Positions 1 through 9,672 of a DNA stretch of 64,000 nucleotides are shown piece by piece. The position numbers and the translations under genes are program-made. Numbering within the stretch: position 1 is the first letter of the stretch; each line of letters starts with the position of its first letter. A model generated the notes under the pieces. That model was not told the origin of the DNA, ran no database searches, and saw only the letters and a program-made list of their open reading frames with translations. Source of the DNA: Acidimicrobiales bacterium (lineage in GTDB: Bacteria > Actinomycetota > Acidimicrobiia > Acidimicrobiales > JBBRAZ01); contig JBBRAZ010000014.1 in NCBI GenBank assembly GCA_038206295.1, positions 6,771-70,770 of the forward strand, written 5' to 3'.

Positions 1-9
1 CTCACCGAG

Positions 10-957
10 ATGCTCGTGTCGCTGGCGCTCGTTGCCGTCGGGCTGGTGCTCCTGTCCAAGGCGGCAGACCAGTTCGTGATGGGCGCTGCGCGGCTGGCCA
101 TCGCGCTGCAGCTCTCGCCGGTGGTGGTCGGTGCGGTGGTGATCGGCTTCGGCACGTCCGCGCCGGAGATGCTCGTGTCGGCGCTCGCCGCTGTGAGCGG
201 CGAGGCTGACATCGGCATCGGCAACATCGTCGGGTCGAACGTGGCGAACCTCACGTTGGTGCTGGCAGTTGCGGCGATGGTCACCCCGATCATCGTGCAC
301 TCGTCGGTCATCGGGCGCGAGGCGCCGCTGTCGGTCGGATCGGTCGCGCTGTTCGCGGTCCTCGTGCAGGACGGGGTGAGCGTGGTGGAGGGCGTGGTGC
401 TGCTCGTCGGGCTCGCCGCGGTGCTCGGGATCCTCCTCCGGTCGACCTCCGGTGGTGATGAGACCCTGCTCGAGTCCGAGGTCGACGAGTTCGTCGATGG
501 CGACGGACCGCACCCCGTCAACCGAGAGGCGGTTCGCACCTTGCTCGGCCTGCTCGGGACGATGGCTGGCGCGCAGCTCCTCGTGACCGGTGCGGTCGAC
601 ATCGCGGAGGCGCTCGAGCTGACCGGGGGCTTCGTCGGCCTCACGCTGGTTGCGATCGGCACGTCGCTTCCCGAGCTCGTGACCTCTGTCGTCGCTGCTC
701 GCAAGGGCGAGACCGACCTCATCGTCGGCAACCTGCTGGGCAGCAACATCTTCAACGCCCTCGCGGTCGGCGCCATCGTCGGGCTCGTCGGCCCCGGCAC
801 CGTCGGCGACGCCACGCTGACGGGCTTGGCGACCTGGCTCATGGTGGGGGTCGCGGTGCTCGCCACCGCGCTCATGTGGCACGGCGGACGGGTCGGGCGA
901 GCGAAGGGCGGCGTGCTGCTGTCCACCTACGTCATCTCGGTGCCCTTCCTCGCGTAG
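10..957 (+). CDS. Calcium/sodium antiporter (CaCA family, YrbG-like)
   Basis: Two alpha repeats GTSAPE...GNIVGSN and GTSLPE...GNLLGSN; very hydrophobic. Confidence 0.92.
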   Translation: MLVSLALVAVGLVLLSKAADQFVMGAARLAIALQLSPVVVGAVVIGFGTSAPEMLVSALAAVSGEADIGIGNIVGSNVANLTLVLAVAAMVTPIIVHSSVIGREAPLSVGSVALFAVLVQDGVSVVEGVVLLVGLAAVLGILLRSTSGGDETLLESEVDEFVDGDGPHPVNREAVRTLLGLLGTMAGAQLLVTGAVDIAEALELTGGFVGLTLVAIGTSLPELVTSVVAARKGETDLIVGNLLGSNIFNALAVGAIVGLVGPGTVGDATLTGLATWLMVGVAVLATALMWHGGRVGRAKGGVLLSTYVISVPFLA

Positions 958-1085
958 CGAGCGGTGTGATCGCTGCGCCCGGCTGGACCTGGCGCACCAC
1001 GCCAGCGACGATGGACATCCGTCGCGCCGTCGTCGCCCACCTCGTCGAGCAGACCTCGTCCGCAACCCGACCCCGAGGAGCATCC

Positions 1086-1814
1086 GTGCCCGAGCTCACG
1101 CTCGATCCGACCCGCATCGACGCCGTCGTCCTCGACGCCGGCGGGGTGCTGGTGCTGCCGATCCACGCCCGGGTGCGCGCCAGCCTCGCCTCGATCGACG
1201 TGGCGCACCACGAGCACGACGACGCGTTCCGGCTCGCCCACTACGAGGGCATGCGCGGCTACGACCGCAGCAGCGACGAGCCCGAGGTGTGGGGCGACTA
1301 CGTCACCGCGTACGTGCGTGCCCTCGGGGTGGCCGACGATCACCACGACGTCGCCGGTAGGGCCTTGGCCGACGTGTTCAACAGCCCGACGAACGACCTG
1401 TGGATCTGGGTCATCGAGGAGACCCTCGCCGCACTGCGTCGCCTGGAGGCCGCCGGCGTGCCGATGGCGGTGGTCAGCAACGCGGACGGCCACGTCGAGG
1501 CGGCGCTGGGAGCGGCGGGCGTGTGCCAGGTCGGCCCGGGCGACGGCGTCGAGATGGTGACCATCGTCGACTCCACCCGCGTCGGGGTGTTCAAGCCCGA
1601 CCCGGGGATCTTCCCCCACGCCCTCGAGGTGCTCGAGCTGCCGGCGGAGCGCTGCGTCTACGTGGGCGACTCGGTGCGCAACGACGTCGCCGGTGCCACA
1701 GCCGCTGGCCTGCACCCCGTGCACCTCGACCCGTTCGACCTCCACGCGGATGCGACGCACGACCGGGTGCACGACCTCATGGACCTCGTCGACCGCCTCC
1801 TCGGCCCCTCCTGA
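1086..1814 (+). CDS. HAD-superfamily hydrolase
   Basis: Motifs LDAGGVL, VSN, KPDP, YVGDS..ND; GAGGAG RBS at 1075-1080 before GTG 1086. Confidence 0.85.
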   Translation: MPELTLDPTRIDAVVLDAGGVLVLPIHARVRASLASIDVAHHEHDDAFRLAHYEGMRGYDRSSDEPEVWGDYVTAYVRALGVADDHHDVAGRALADVFNSPTNDLWIWVIEETLAALRRLEAAGVPMAVVSNADGHVEAALGAAGVCQVGPGDGVEMVTIVDSTRVGVFKPDPGIFPHALEVLELPAERCVYVGDSVRNDVAGATAAGLHPVHLDPFDLHADATHDRVHDLMDLVDRLLGPS

Positions 1815-1829
1815 GCTTGCCAGCCCGCC

Positions 1830-1881
1830 CGAAATCTCGGTCGCCATGCCGGCTGTGGCGGGCTCCAGCACCGAGATTTCG
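1830..1881. repeat. Intergenic inverted repeat (REP-like)
   Basis: CGAAATCTCGGT (1830-1841) / ACCGAGATTTCG (1870-1881), perfect 12-bp arms. Confidence 0.75.
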
Positions 1882-1923
1882 CATTGTGGGGGTGCGGAGA
1901 GGCTGTGGCGTAGGGTCGGCGGG

Positions 1924-2463
1924 ATGCGGTGGACGGTGCACGGCGAGCGCTCGCTGTACGAGAGCGAGTGGGTGAACCTGAGGCTCGTCGACGTCGAGAT
2001 CCCCGGCGGCGAGCGCTTCGAGCACCACGTCGTGCGTCTCCCGCTGCCCGCTGCCGGCTGCATCGTGCACGTCGCGGACCGCGGCGTGCTGCTGCTGTGG
2101 CGGCACAGGTTCATCACCGACACGTGGGGCTACGAGATCCCCGCCGGGCGCATCGACGAGGGCGAGACCCCGATCGAGGGCGCCCGGCGCGAGTGCCTCG
2201 AGGAGGCCGGGTGGGAGCCGCACGGGCTCGTGCCGCTCGGCGCCTACCACCCTGGCAACGGGCTCAGCGACCAGACGTTCCACCTGTTCACCGCGACCGA
2301 CGCCACCTACGTCGGCGAGCCGAGCGACCCGAGCGAATCCGAGCGCGTCGAGTGGGTCCCAGTGACCGACGTGCGTCGCCACATCGAGGAGGGTCGCGTC
2401 ACCGAGGGCATGTCGATCACCGGCCTGCTCTGGCTCCTCCTCCACCTCGCCGACCCGGCGTGA
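1924..2463 (+). CDS. NUDIX hydrolase (ADP-ribose pyrophosphatase-like)
   Basis: Nudix box GRIDEGETPIEGARRECLEEAG; TAGGGT -10 element 7 nt before ATG. Confidence 0.9.
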   Translation: MRWTVHGERSLYESEWVNLRLVDVEIPGGERFEHHVVRLPLPAAGCIVHVADRGVLLLWRHRFITDTWGYEIPAGRIDEGETPIEGARRECLEEAGWEPHGLVPLGAYHPGNGLSDQTFHLFTATDATYVGEPSDPSESERVEWVPVTDVRRHIEEGRVTEGMSITGLLWLLLHLADPA

Positions 2464-2506
2464 TCGCCCCCGAGCTGAGGCTCGGTCGACCCCCTAGCCT
2501 CGGTCC

Positions 2507-3175
2507 GTGAGCGGAGACGAACAGCACCGGTCACGGCTGCCCGCGATCTTCCTCGCCGGGGCGATCGTGGCTGCGGTCGCCCGGTGGGCGGCGCTCCGCA
2601 ACCCGTGGAACCTCGTCGTGCTCGAGGAGGCCCTCGCCGACAGCGCCGTGCTGGTCGCGGGGTTGCTCCTGATCCTCGCCGTGGCGAGCAGCGCGCAGTG
2701 GCGGACCTGGTGGACGGCGCGTCGAGCGCGTCGGGCCGCTCGGGCTGCGTTGCCACCCGGTGTGCGGATAGCTCGCTTCGTCGGCGGGCTCTTCGTCGGG
2801 TGCGCAGTCGTGCTCGGGTCGTTCGTCTGGTTCCTGGCGGGTGCTGCCGGAGGGTGGTACTCGCACGAGGAGCTCGCCGACGAGCGCAGCGACCTGACGG
2901 TGGTCGTCGACGTGACCTTCCGTGAGAGCGCGTGCGACAGCTGGTCGACGGCCACGGTGCAGCTGCACGACGATCGGGGGTTGCTCAGCCGCCAGGTCGT
3001 GCTGGAGCGCAACGAGGACTACGACTGCCTCGGGTACGAGGCCGAGTTCCCCGAGCGTGGCGTGCTCGTGCTGGTGCGCGACTGCGAGCGGGTCACGATC
3101 ACCTACGACCCCAGCGATCTCGACGTGCTGGACCGCCGCGCCGATCCCGCGCCATGCGGGTCCGCGTTCGAGTGA
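2507..3175 (+). CDS. Hypothetical membrane protein (3 TM + Cys-containing C-terminal domain); paralog of 3768-4523
   Basis: Hydrophobic N-terminal segments, NPW motif, shared motifs with downstream paralog; TAGCCT 6 nt before GTG. Confidence 0.75.
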   Translation: MSGDEQHRSRLPAIFLAGAIVAAVARWAALRNPWNLVVLEEALADSAVLVAGLLLILAVASSAQWRTWWTARRARRAARAALPPGVRIARFVGGLFVGCAVVLGSFVWFLAGAAGGWYSHEELADERSDLTVVVDVTFRESACDSWSTATVQLHDDRGLLSRQVVLERNEDYDCLGYEAEFPERGVLVLVRDCERVTITYDPSDLDVLDRRADPAPCGSAFE

Positions 3176-3217
3176 ATTCGACCGTGACCGACCGCGCCGC
3201 CGCGTAGCGTCCCGGCC

Positions 3218-3685
3218 GTGGCGACCAGGCTGGCGGTGCACAGCGACATCGAGGAGCTGATCCGGCACCGCGCCGCGATGTTCGAGGAGACGGGCATCGA
3301 CGCGCACACCGACGACCGATGGCGCCTCGCGATGCACGACCTGCTCGAGGCAGGTCTCGGCGACGAGTTCGTCGTTGCGGTCGTCGATGCGCCCGGCGGG
3401 GACCGCCTCCTCGCCAGCGGCACGATGTGCGTCCTCACCCGCATGCCGCATCCCCAGAACCGCAGCGGGCGCGTCGCCTACATCCAGTCGATGTGGACCG
3501 ACGAGGACGCCCGCCGCGCCGGCCACGCCCGCTCGGTCGTCGAGACGCTGCTCGAGGTGTGCCAGCAGCGCGGCATCCAGCGCGTCGAGCTGCACGCCAG
3601 CCCCGCTGGAGCATCGATCTACGAGCGGCTCGGCTTCACCTGGCGCACCTGGCACCCCGAGATGATCGCCACGCTCGAGACGTGA
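3218..3685 (+). CDS. GNAT family N-acetyltransferase
   Basis: YIQSMWTDEDARRAGHA (acetyl-CoA motif A), LHAS..G..IYERLGF. Confidence 0.9.
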   Translation: MATRLAVHSDIEELIRHRAAMFEETGIDAHTDDRWRLAMHDLLEAGLGDEFVVAVVDAPGGDRLLASGTMCVLTRMPHPQNRSGRVAYIQSMWTDEDARRAGHARSVVETLLEVCQQRGIQRVELHASPAGASIYERLGFTWRTWHPEMIATLET

Positions 3686-3767
3686 GCTGCCGATCGCTCG
3701 ACGTGGTCACCACACGCTGCTCGACAGCTGAGGCGTACCCTTCGCCCATGCGGATCGAGCGGACGCT

Positions 3768-4523
3768 GTGACGACGCCGGTCGATCCCCACGTCCGTCCG
3801 TTGCAGGCACCGAACCCGCCGGGGTGGGAGCCCAAGGTGCGTCCAGCGGCCGTGCGCCCGAAGATCTGGCGGCGCTCCGACCGCTACGTGCTCGTGGTCC
3901 TCGTCCTCGCCGCCGCCGTGCTCTCCGTCGCCCTGTGGAACCCGTGGCGCTTCGTCGTGCTGAGCGACGTGGTGGTCGTGGCATCGATGAGCGTCGGGCT
4001 GCTGATGCTGGCCCTGCTCGCACGGAGGCTGCTGCTCGGCTCGCTGTCACGTGGGCTGCGCAATGCCGTGGGTCCTGCGCCGGTGGCGGCCCACGTGCTC
4101 GCGCTCCTCGGCGGCTTCGCGATGGCGGCGTCCGTCGCGCTCGGCAGCCTCGGGGTGGTGGTCCTCTTGATCGAGCACCTGACGCTGATCGATCCTCCCG
4201 ACGCCGTGTTCGAGCGAGAGGGCAGCGATCTGGTCGTCGAGGTTCGGCAGTCCGGGTGCTACATGAGCGGCGAGGGGGACAGCGGTGGCGCGGTCTACCT
4301 CGTGGCGCGTCGCGGCATCGCGAGTCGCCGCGTCGAGCTGGGCGAGCTGGGCTGGTGCGAGGATGCGGAGGTGACCTTCGTCGGCGGTCGCGACGAGCTG
4401 ATCCTCACGACCGGCTGCCGCGTGGAGCGGATCGCGTACGACCCCCACACCCTCGAGATCGAGGAGCACGCGCCGCCCACGCCGGACCCAGAGCTGTGCA
4501 GCCCGGGACTCCCAAGCTCGTGA
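3768..4523 (+). CDS. Hypothetical membrane protein; paralog of 2507-3175
   Basis: LWNPWRFVVL, ERxGSDLVVEV, GIASRRVEL, CRVERIAYDP mirror motifs in 2507-3175. Confidence 0.72.
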   Translation: MTTPVDPHVRPLQAPNPPGWEPKVRPAAVRPKIWRRSDRYVLVVLVLAAAVLSVALWNPWRFVVLSDVVVVASMSVGLLMLALLARRLLLGSLSRGLRNAVGPAPVAAHVLALLGGFAMAASVALGSLGVVVLLIEHLTLIDPPDAVFEREGSDLVVEVRQSGCYMSGEGDSGGAVYLVARRGIASRRVELGELGWCEDAEVTFVGGRDELILTTGCRVERIAYDPHTLEIEEHAPPTPDPELCSPGLPSS

Positions 4524-4570
4524 GCCCGCCAGATCCTGGGGCGGCGGCCACCCCCCGGTAGCCTGCCTGG

Positions 4571-5872
4571 GTGCCCGAGACCTACTGGGTCGAGACCCTC
4601 GGCTGCCCCAAGAACCAGGTCGATTCCGACAAGCTCGTCGGTCGCCTCGGCGCGGGCGGGCTGACCGAGGCCGACGAGGTCGCCGACGCGGACGTGGTCG
4701 TCGTCAACACCTGCGCCTTCATCGAGGAGGCCCGCCAGGAGTCGATCGACACCATCCTCGCCCTCGCCGAGGCCCGCCACCCCGGCGCCCGACTGGTCGT
4801 CACCGGCTGCATGGCCGAGCGCTACGGCGCCGAGCTCGCCGAGGCCCTGCCCGAGGTGGACGAGATCGCGCCCTTCGGCGTCGCCTTCGACGGCCTCGCG
4901 CTCGAGGCCTCCACGCTGGTGCCCGCCGGCGTCGGCACGTCGGTGGCCGTCGAGCTCACCGCTCGCCCCCGCACGCCGGACTTCGACCTGCTGCGCCTCC
5001 CGCGCCCCAAGGCCACCGCGCCGTGGGCGTACGTGAAGGTCGCCGAGGGCTGCGACCGGGCATGCGGGTTCTGCGCCATCCCGTCGTTCCGCGGCCCGCA
5101 GCGCAGCCGCACCATCGACGACGTCCTGGCGGAGATCGACGATCTCGCCGCGCAGGAGATCGTGCTGGTCGCACAGGACCTCGCTGCCTACGGGCGCGAC
5201 CAGGGCCATGGCGAGCGCAGCCTCATCCCGCTGGTGGCCGCGGCGGCCGAGCGCGTCGAGCGCGTTCGGCTGCTGTACCTCTACCCGTCGGACCTCACCG
5301 ACGCGCTGGTCGATGCCATCTGTGCGACGGGGGTCCCGTACTTCGACCTCTCGCTGCAGCACGTCTCGGCGCCCCTGCTGCGCCGCATGCGTCGCTGGGG
5401 CGACGGCGAGCGGTTCCTCGAGCGCATCACGACGATCCGCAGCCGCGAGCCGCACGCCGCGCTGCGCTCCAACTTCATCGTCGGCTACCCCGGCGAGACC
5501 GAGGACGACCACGACGCCCTGCTCGCCTTCGTCGAGGACGCGCAGCTCGACTGGTGCGGGTTCTTCGCCTACTCGGCGGAGGAGGGCACCTACGCGGTGG
5601 GTCTCGACGGCGCCGTGGAACGCGCCCTGATGGACGAGCGCCTCGCTGAGCTGCGCGAGCTCCAGGACCGCATCACCGCGGCACGCCGCGACGCGCTCAT
5701 CGGCGAGACCATCCGGGTGCTCGTGGATGAGCCTGGCGTGGGGCGCACGCACCGCGAGGCTCCGGAGATCGACGGCATCGTGACGATCCCCGTCGACCTC
5801 GAGCCCGGCACGCTGCACGACCTCGTCGTCATCGGCGCCGCGGGTCCCGACCTCGAAGCCGACCGGCCATGA
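4571..5872 (+). CDS. rimO: Ribosomal protein uS12 methylthiotransferase RimO
   Basis: LGCPKNQVDS, NTCAFI..A.QES, radical SAM CDRACGFC, APEIDG TRAM domain. Confidence 0.95.
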   Translation: MPETYWVETLGCPKNQVDSDKLVGRLGAGGLTEADEVADADVVVVNTCAFIEEARQESIDTILALAEARHPGARLVVTGCMAERYGAELAEALPEVDEIAPFGVAFDGLALEASTLVPAGVGTSVAVELTARPRTPDFDLLRLPRPKATAPWAYVKVAEGCDRACGFCAIPSFRGPQRSRTIDDVLAEIDDLAAQEIVLVAQDLAAYGRDQGHGERSLIPLVAAAAERVERVRLLYLYPSDLTDALVDAICATGVPYFDLSLQHVSAPLLRRMRRWGDGERFLERITTIRSREPHAALRSNFIVGYPGETEDDHDALLAFVEDAQLDWCGFFAYSAEEGTYAVGLDGAVERALMDERLAELRELQDRITAARRDALIGETIRVLVDEPGVGRTHREAPEIDGIVTIPVDLEPGTLHDLVVIGAAGPDLEADRP

Positions 5873-6516
5873 GCGACGGCGGAAACCTCGACGACGCGGA
5901 GGCGGTCGGAGGGGAGATGCCCGCCGCCGCAACCTCGCCGCTGCGATCCTCCACGTTCGGCCCGTCCGCGCTGTGGACGCCCGCCAACGCCCTCACCGTG
6001 GCGCGCATCGCGCTCTCGCCGGTCGTGTTCTGGATGATCCTGCGCAGCGACCTCGATGACCTCGCCGACTGGTGGGTCGCGGCGCTGGCGTTCGTGATCG
6101 GCATCACCGACGGCGTCGACGGCTGGCTGGCACGCAAGTACGGCACCACCCGGTCGGGGGCGTTCCTCGATCCGCTGGCGGACAAGGTGCTGGTGCTCGG
6201 CTCGATGATCTGCTTGGCGTCGGTCGGGCGCTTCACGTGGGTGCCGGTGATCCTCGTGGGCACCCGGGAGGTGGTGGTCTCCGCCCTGCGCTCGTGGTGG
6301 GGGCGCCGCGGCCTCGCCATCCAGGCCAGCCCGCTCGCCAAGGCCAAGACCGTGGTGCTGAGCTTCGGCTGCCTGTTCACCCTCGTGCCGCCGCTGGCCG
6401 ACGACCCAGCGTGGCCCGCCGACGGCCTGCTGTGGATCGGTGTGGCGCTGGCGCTCGTGTCGGGCGCGCAGTACGTGCAGGCCGGCAGCCGCGCCACCAG
6501 CACCATGTCGCGCTGA
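5869..6516 (+). CDS. pgsA: CDP-alcohol phosphatidyltransferase (PgsA)
   Basis: ANALTVAR, DGVDGWLARK...GAFLDPLADK; rimO-pgsA-cinA synteny. Confidence 0.9.
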   Translation: MSDGGNLDDAEAVGGEMPAAATSPLRSSTFGPSALWTPANALTVARIALSPVVFWMILRSDLDDLADWWVAALAFVIGITDGVDGWLARKYGTTRSGAFLDPLADKVLVLGSMICLASVGRFTWVPVILVGTREVVVSALRSWWGRRGLAIQASPLAKAKTVVLSFGCLFTLVPPLADDPAWPADGLLWIGVALALVSGAQYVQAGSRATSTMSR

Positions 6517-6548
6517 CCGCCCCCGCCCCCTCCTTCCCCCTGACGACT

Positions 6549-6589
6549 TTGCGAGGGTTGACCCGCCCATGGGAGGTCAACCCTCGCAA
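6549..6589. repeat. Intergenic inverted repeat (REP-like)
   Basis: TTGCGAGGGTTGACC (6549-6563) / GGTCAACCCTCGCAA (6575-6589), with internal CCCATGGG. Confidence 0.8.
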
Positions 6590-6652
6590 GTTCGCAGTGG
6601 GGGAGCGCTGATGGTGGTGCTGCGGCCACGGGGCGCGGCGTAGCCTGCGGCG

Positions 6653-7891
6653 ATGCGCTGCGAGGTGGTTGCCGTCGGGACCGAGCTCCTGCTGGGGCAG
6701 ATCGTCGACACGAACTCGTCGTGGATCGGTGAGCAGCTGGCCATGGCCGGCATCGACTCGCTGCACCAGACCAAGGTCGGCGACAACCCCGAGCGGATCG
6801 CGGAGACCCTGCGCCTCGCGCTCAGCCGTGCCGACGCGGTCATCGTGTGCGGTGGCCTCGGCCCCACGCAGGACGACCTCACCCGCGACGTCATCGCGGA
6901 GGTGATGGGTGTCGAGCTGGTGCGGGACGAGGACCTCGCCGATCGCATCCGGCACATGTTCGGATCCCGCGGCCGCGACATGCCCGACAACAACCTGCGC
7001 CAGGCCGACGTCCCTGTCGGGGCGCGGATCATGGCGCAGATGCCCGGCACCGCGCCGGGCCTCGTGTGTCCGATCGGCGATCAGGTCATCTACGCCGTGC
7101 CCGGCGTGCCGTACGAGATGAAGGAGATGGTGACCGGCACCGTCCTGCCGGACCTCCTCGCCCGAAGCGGCGCAAGCGCCGTCATCCGGTCGCGCACCCT
7201 GCGCACCTGGGGCGACTCGGAGTCTGGCATCGCCGAGCGCCTGCACGAGCGGTTCCTCGAGCTCGACGCGGCCGGCAACCCCACCATCGCGGTCCTCGCC
7301 AGCGGGATGGAGGGCCTCAAGGTCCGCATCACCGCCAAGGCGGCCGATGACGCCACCGCCGAGGCGCTGCTGGACGACGAGGTGGCCGTGGTGCGCTCGG
7401 TGCTCGGCGACATCATCTTCTCCGAGCACGACGAGACGATGGAGGCCGTCGTACTCGACCTGTGCCGCCGCTCGGGCCGCACGCTCGCCACCGCGGAGTC
7501 GGTCACCGGCGGGCTCATCGCCAGCCGCCTCACCGACGTGCCCGGCGCCAGCGACGTGTTCCGCGGCGCGGTCGTGGCCTACGCCGGCGAGGTGAAGTTC
7601 GACGTGCTCGGGGTGCCGCCCGGCCCGGTCATCTCCGAGGAGTGCGCGCTCGAGATGGCCGAGGGCGCGTGCCGGGTGCTCGGCGCCGACTGCTCGGTGG
7701 CGGTCACCGGCGTCGCCGGACCCGATCCGCAGGAGGGCCAGAAGCCCGGCACGGTGTGGCTCGCCACCTGCGTCGACGGTGACGCGCAGGCCACCCTCAT
7801 CCGCCTGCCCGGCGACCGGCTGCGGGTGCGGCAGTTCTCGACGATCAGCGTGCTGGAGATCCTCCGCCGCCGCCTCATCGCCCTGGGCTGA
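6653..7891 (+). CDS. cinA: Competence/damage-inducible protein CinA (MoCF-like domain + NMN deamidase)
   Basis: VGTELLLGQIVDTN, GGLGPTQDDLT, AESVTGG, TGVAGP. Confidence 0.95.
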   Translation: MRCEVVAVGTELLLGQIVDTNSSWIGEQLAMAGIDSLHQTKVGDNPERIAETLRLALSRADAVIVCGGLGPTQDDLTRDVIAEVMGVELVRDEDLADRIRHMFGSRGRDMPDNNLRQADVPVGARIMAQMPGTAPGLVCPIGDQVIYAVPGVPYEMKEMVTGTVLPDLLARSGASAVIRSRTLRTWGDSESGIAERLHERFLELDAAGNPTIAVLASGMEGLKVRITAKAADDATAEALLDDEVAVVRSVLGDIIFSEHDETMEAVVLDLCRRSGRTLATAESVTGGLIASRLTDVPGASDVFRGAVVAYAGEVKFDVLGVPPGPVISEECALEMAEGACRVLGADCSVAVTGVAGPDPQEGQKPGTVWLATCVDGDAQATLIRLPGDRLRVRQFSTISVLEILRRRLIALG

Positions 7892-7903
7892 GCGATCGCT
7901 GCC

Positions 7904-8413
7904 GTGGGGGAGCGGGGGCGGCTGTTCGTGGCGGTGTGGCCGCCGGGTGACGTGCTCGATCTGGTGGAGGCGCTGCCGCGGCCGGGCGAGCCCGGCGTCC
8001 GGTACACGGCACGCGACCAGTGGCACGTCACGCTGCGGTTCCTCGGCGGCTGCGACGTCGATGACGCAGCCGCCGCGCTCGACGGCGCTCGCTGGCCCGA
8101 GGAGCACGTCGAGGCGGTGTGCGGCCCCGCGGTGAGCCGACTCGGCCGAGACGTGATCGTCGTGCCGGTGCGCGGCCTCGACGCGCTCGCCGCCGCGGTG
8201 GCCGCCGCAACGCGCGACCTCGGCGAGCCGCCCGATCCTCGCCCGTTCGCCGGGCACCTCACCCTGGCGCGGCTCCGCAGCCGGGGCGCGTGCCGCATCG
8301 CGGGTGCGCCGTTCGCGGTGACGTTCCCGGTCACCGAGGTGGCGCTGGTGCGCAGCCACCTGCAGCCCGGCGGGGCGCGCTACGAGACCCTGCGCACCTG
8401 GCCCCAGCAGTGA
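7904..8413 (+). CDS. thpR: RNA 2',3'-cyclic phosphodiesterase (2H family)
   Basis: RLFVAV, two HxT motifs (HVTL, HLTL); follows cinA. Confidence 0.88.
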   Translation: MGERGRLFVAVWPPGDVLDLVEALPRPGEPGVRYTARDQWHVTLRFLGGCDVDDAAAALDGARWPEEHVEAVCGPAVSRLGRDVIVVPVRGLDALAAAVAAATRDLGEPPDPRPFAGHLTLARLRSRGACRIAGAPFAVTFPVTEVALVRSHLQPGGARYETLRTWPQQ

Positions 8414-8497
8414 AGCGTCACGCACCCCGAGCGCGACGCAGCCCCGTCGCCACCTGGAGGGAGGGGTCCGGTGCGACGGGGCTGCGGGACGGGACCG

Positions 8498-9070
8498 CTA
8501 CTGCTTGACCGTCTCGATCTCGAGCTCGATCGCCACCTGCTTGCCGACGAGCACGCCGCCGGTCTCCAGCGCCTGGTTCCAGGTGAGGCCGAACGCCTCG
8601 CGGTCGATCTTCGTGCTGGCCGAGTAGACGGCGCGGCTGCCGCCCCACGGGTCGGTGGCGAGCCCGTTCAGCTCGAGGTCGAGGACCACGGACTGGGTCG
8701 TGCCGACGACGGTGAGATCGCCTCGCACCTCCCACCGGCCGCTGCCGGCCTCGGCAACCGAGGTGGACCGGAAGCTGATCTCGGGGTGGTTCTCGACGTC
8801 GAGGAAGTCCGCCGAGCGGAGGTGGCCGTCGCGCTGCTCGTCGCGGGTGTGGATCGATGCGGTGCGGATGGCGACCACCACCGAGGAGGCTGCGGGATCC
8901 TCGGCGATGTGCACGACGCCGTCGAAGTCGGTGAACTCGCCGCGGACCTTGGCCACGACGAGGTGCTTGGCGACGAAGCCCACGGTGGAGTGGGAGGCGT
9001 CGATGGCGTAGTCACCGACATCGGGGAGGGTGACGCCGTTGGCGGTGCGGGGGGACTCGGTGATGCTCAT
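8498..9070 (-). CDS. YceI family lipid/polyisoprenoid-binding protein
   Basis: IDASHSTVGF, RDGHLRSADFLDVE, IDREAFGLTWN. Confidence 0.92.
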   Translation of the reverse strand: MSITESPRTANGVTLPDVGDYAIDASHSTVGFVAKHLVVAKVRGEFTDFDGVVHIAEDPAASSVVVAIRTASIHTRDEQRDGHLRSADFLDVENHPEISFRSTSVAEAGSGRWEVRGDLTVVGTTQSVVLDLELNGLATDPWGGSRAVYSASTKIDREAFGLTWNQALETGGVLVGKQVAIELEIETVKQ

Positions 9071-9135
9071 GACTGGCGCTCCAGTGCTCTTGGACCCACG
9101 TTCCGTGGGTGCGTGCACCCCGTCCAACAACATGC

Positions 9136-9163
9136 ATCTAGAAAGATTCCAAATAGAAAGATT
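9136..9163. promoter_or_regulatory. Putative MarR operator between divergent yceI and marR
   Basis: AT-rich patch: imperfect palindrome ATCTAGAA-AGA-TTCCAAAT (9136-9154) and direct repeat TAGAAAGATT at 9139 and 9154. Confidence 0.65.
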
Positions 9164-9197
9164 ATTTCCGGAGCCGACCGGAGGTAGCCTCCGAGAC

Positions 9198-9665
9198 GTG
9201 GACCCCCTCTTCGCCGACGAGCGCTGGACCGCGTACGGGCTCTTCCGGGAGGCCGGTCGCGCGGTGGATGCCGCGCTCCTCGCCGACGTGACGTCCGACC
9301 TCGACGACGACGTCGGCTCGGTGCTCATCCAGCTCGTGCGCAGTCCCGACGAGCGCCTGCGCATGATCGACCTGGCCCGGGCCATGTCGCTGCACCCCAG
9401 CCACGTCACCCGGCTCATCGATCGCTGCGAGACGCTCGGGGTGGTGGCGCGCGTGCGCTGCGAGAGCGATCGGCGCGTGTGGTGGGCGATGCTCACCGAC
9501 GAGGGCCGCCGGCAGATCACCGCGGTCGCGCCCAGCATGCTCGAGGCGCTCGATCGCCACTACTTCTCGCACCTCTCCGCCCGCGAGCGCGTCGTGGTGG
9601 AGAAGGTCATGCGCCGCATGCGCGACGCGGCGCAGGCCGCCGCCCGCGTGCAGCAGCCCGCCTGA
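9198..9665 (+). CDS. MarR family transcriptional regulator
   Basis: LRMIDLA...VTRLIDRCE..G.V.R....DRR....LTDEG wHTH; divergent from yceI. Confidence 0.9.
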   Translation: MDPLFADERWTAYGLFREAGRAVDAALLADVTSDLDDDVGSVLIQLVRSPDERLRMIDLARAMSLHPSHVTRLIDRCETLGVVARVRCESDRRVWWAMLTDEGRRQITAVAPSMLEALDRHYFSHLSARERVVVEKVMRRMRDAAQAAARVQQPA

Positions 9666-9672
9666 GTCGCCC

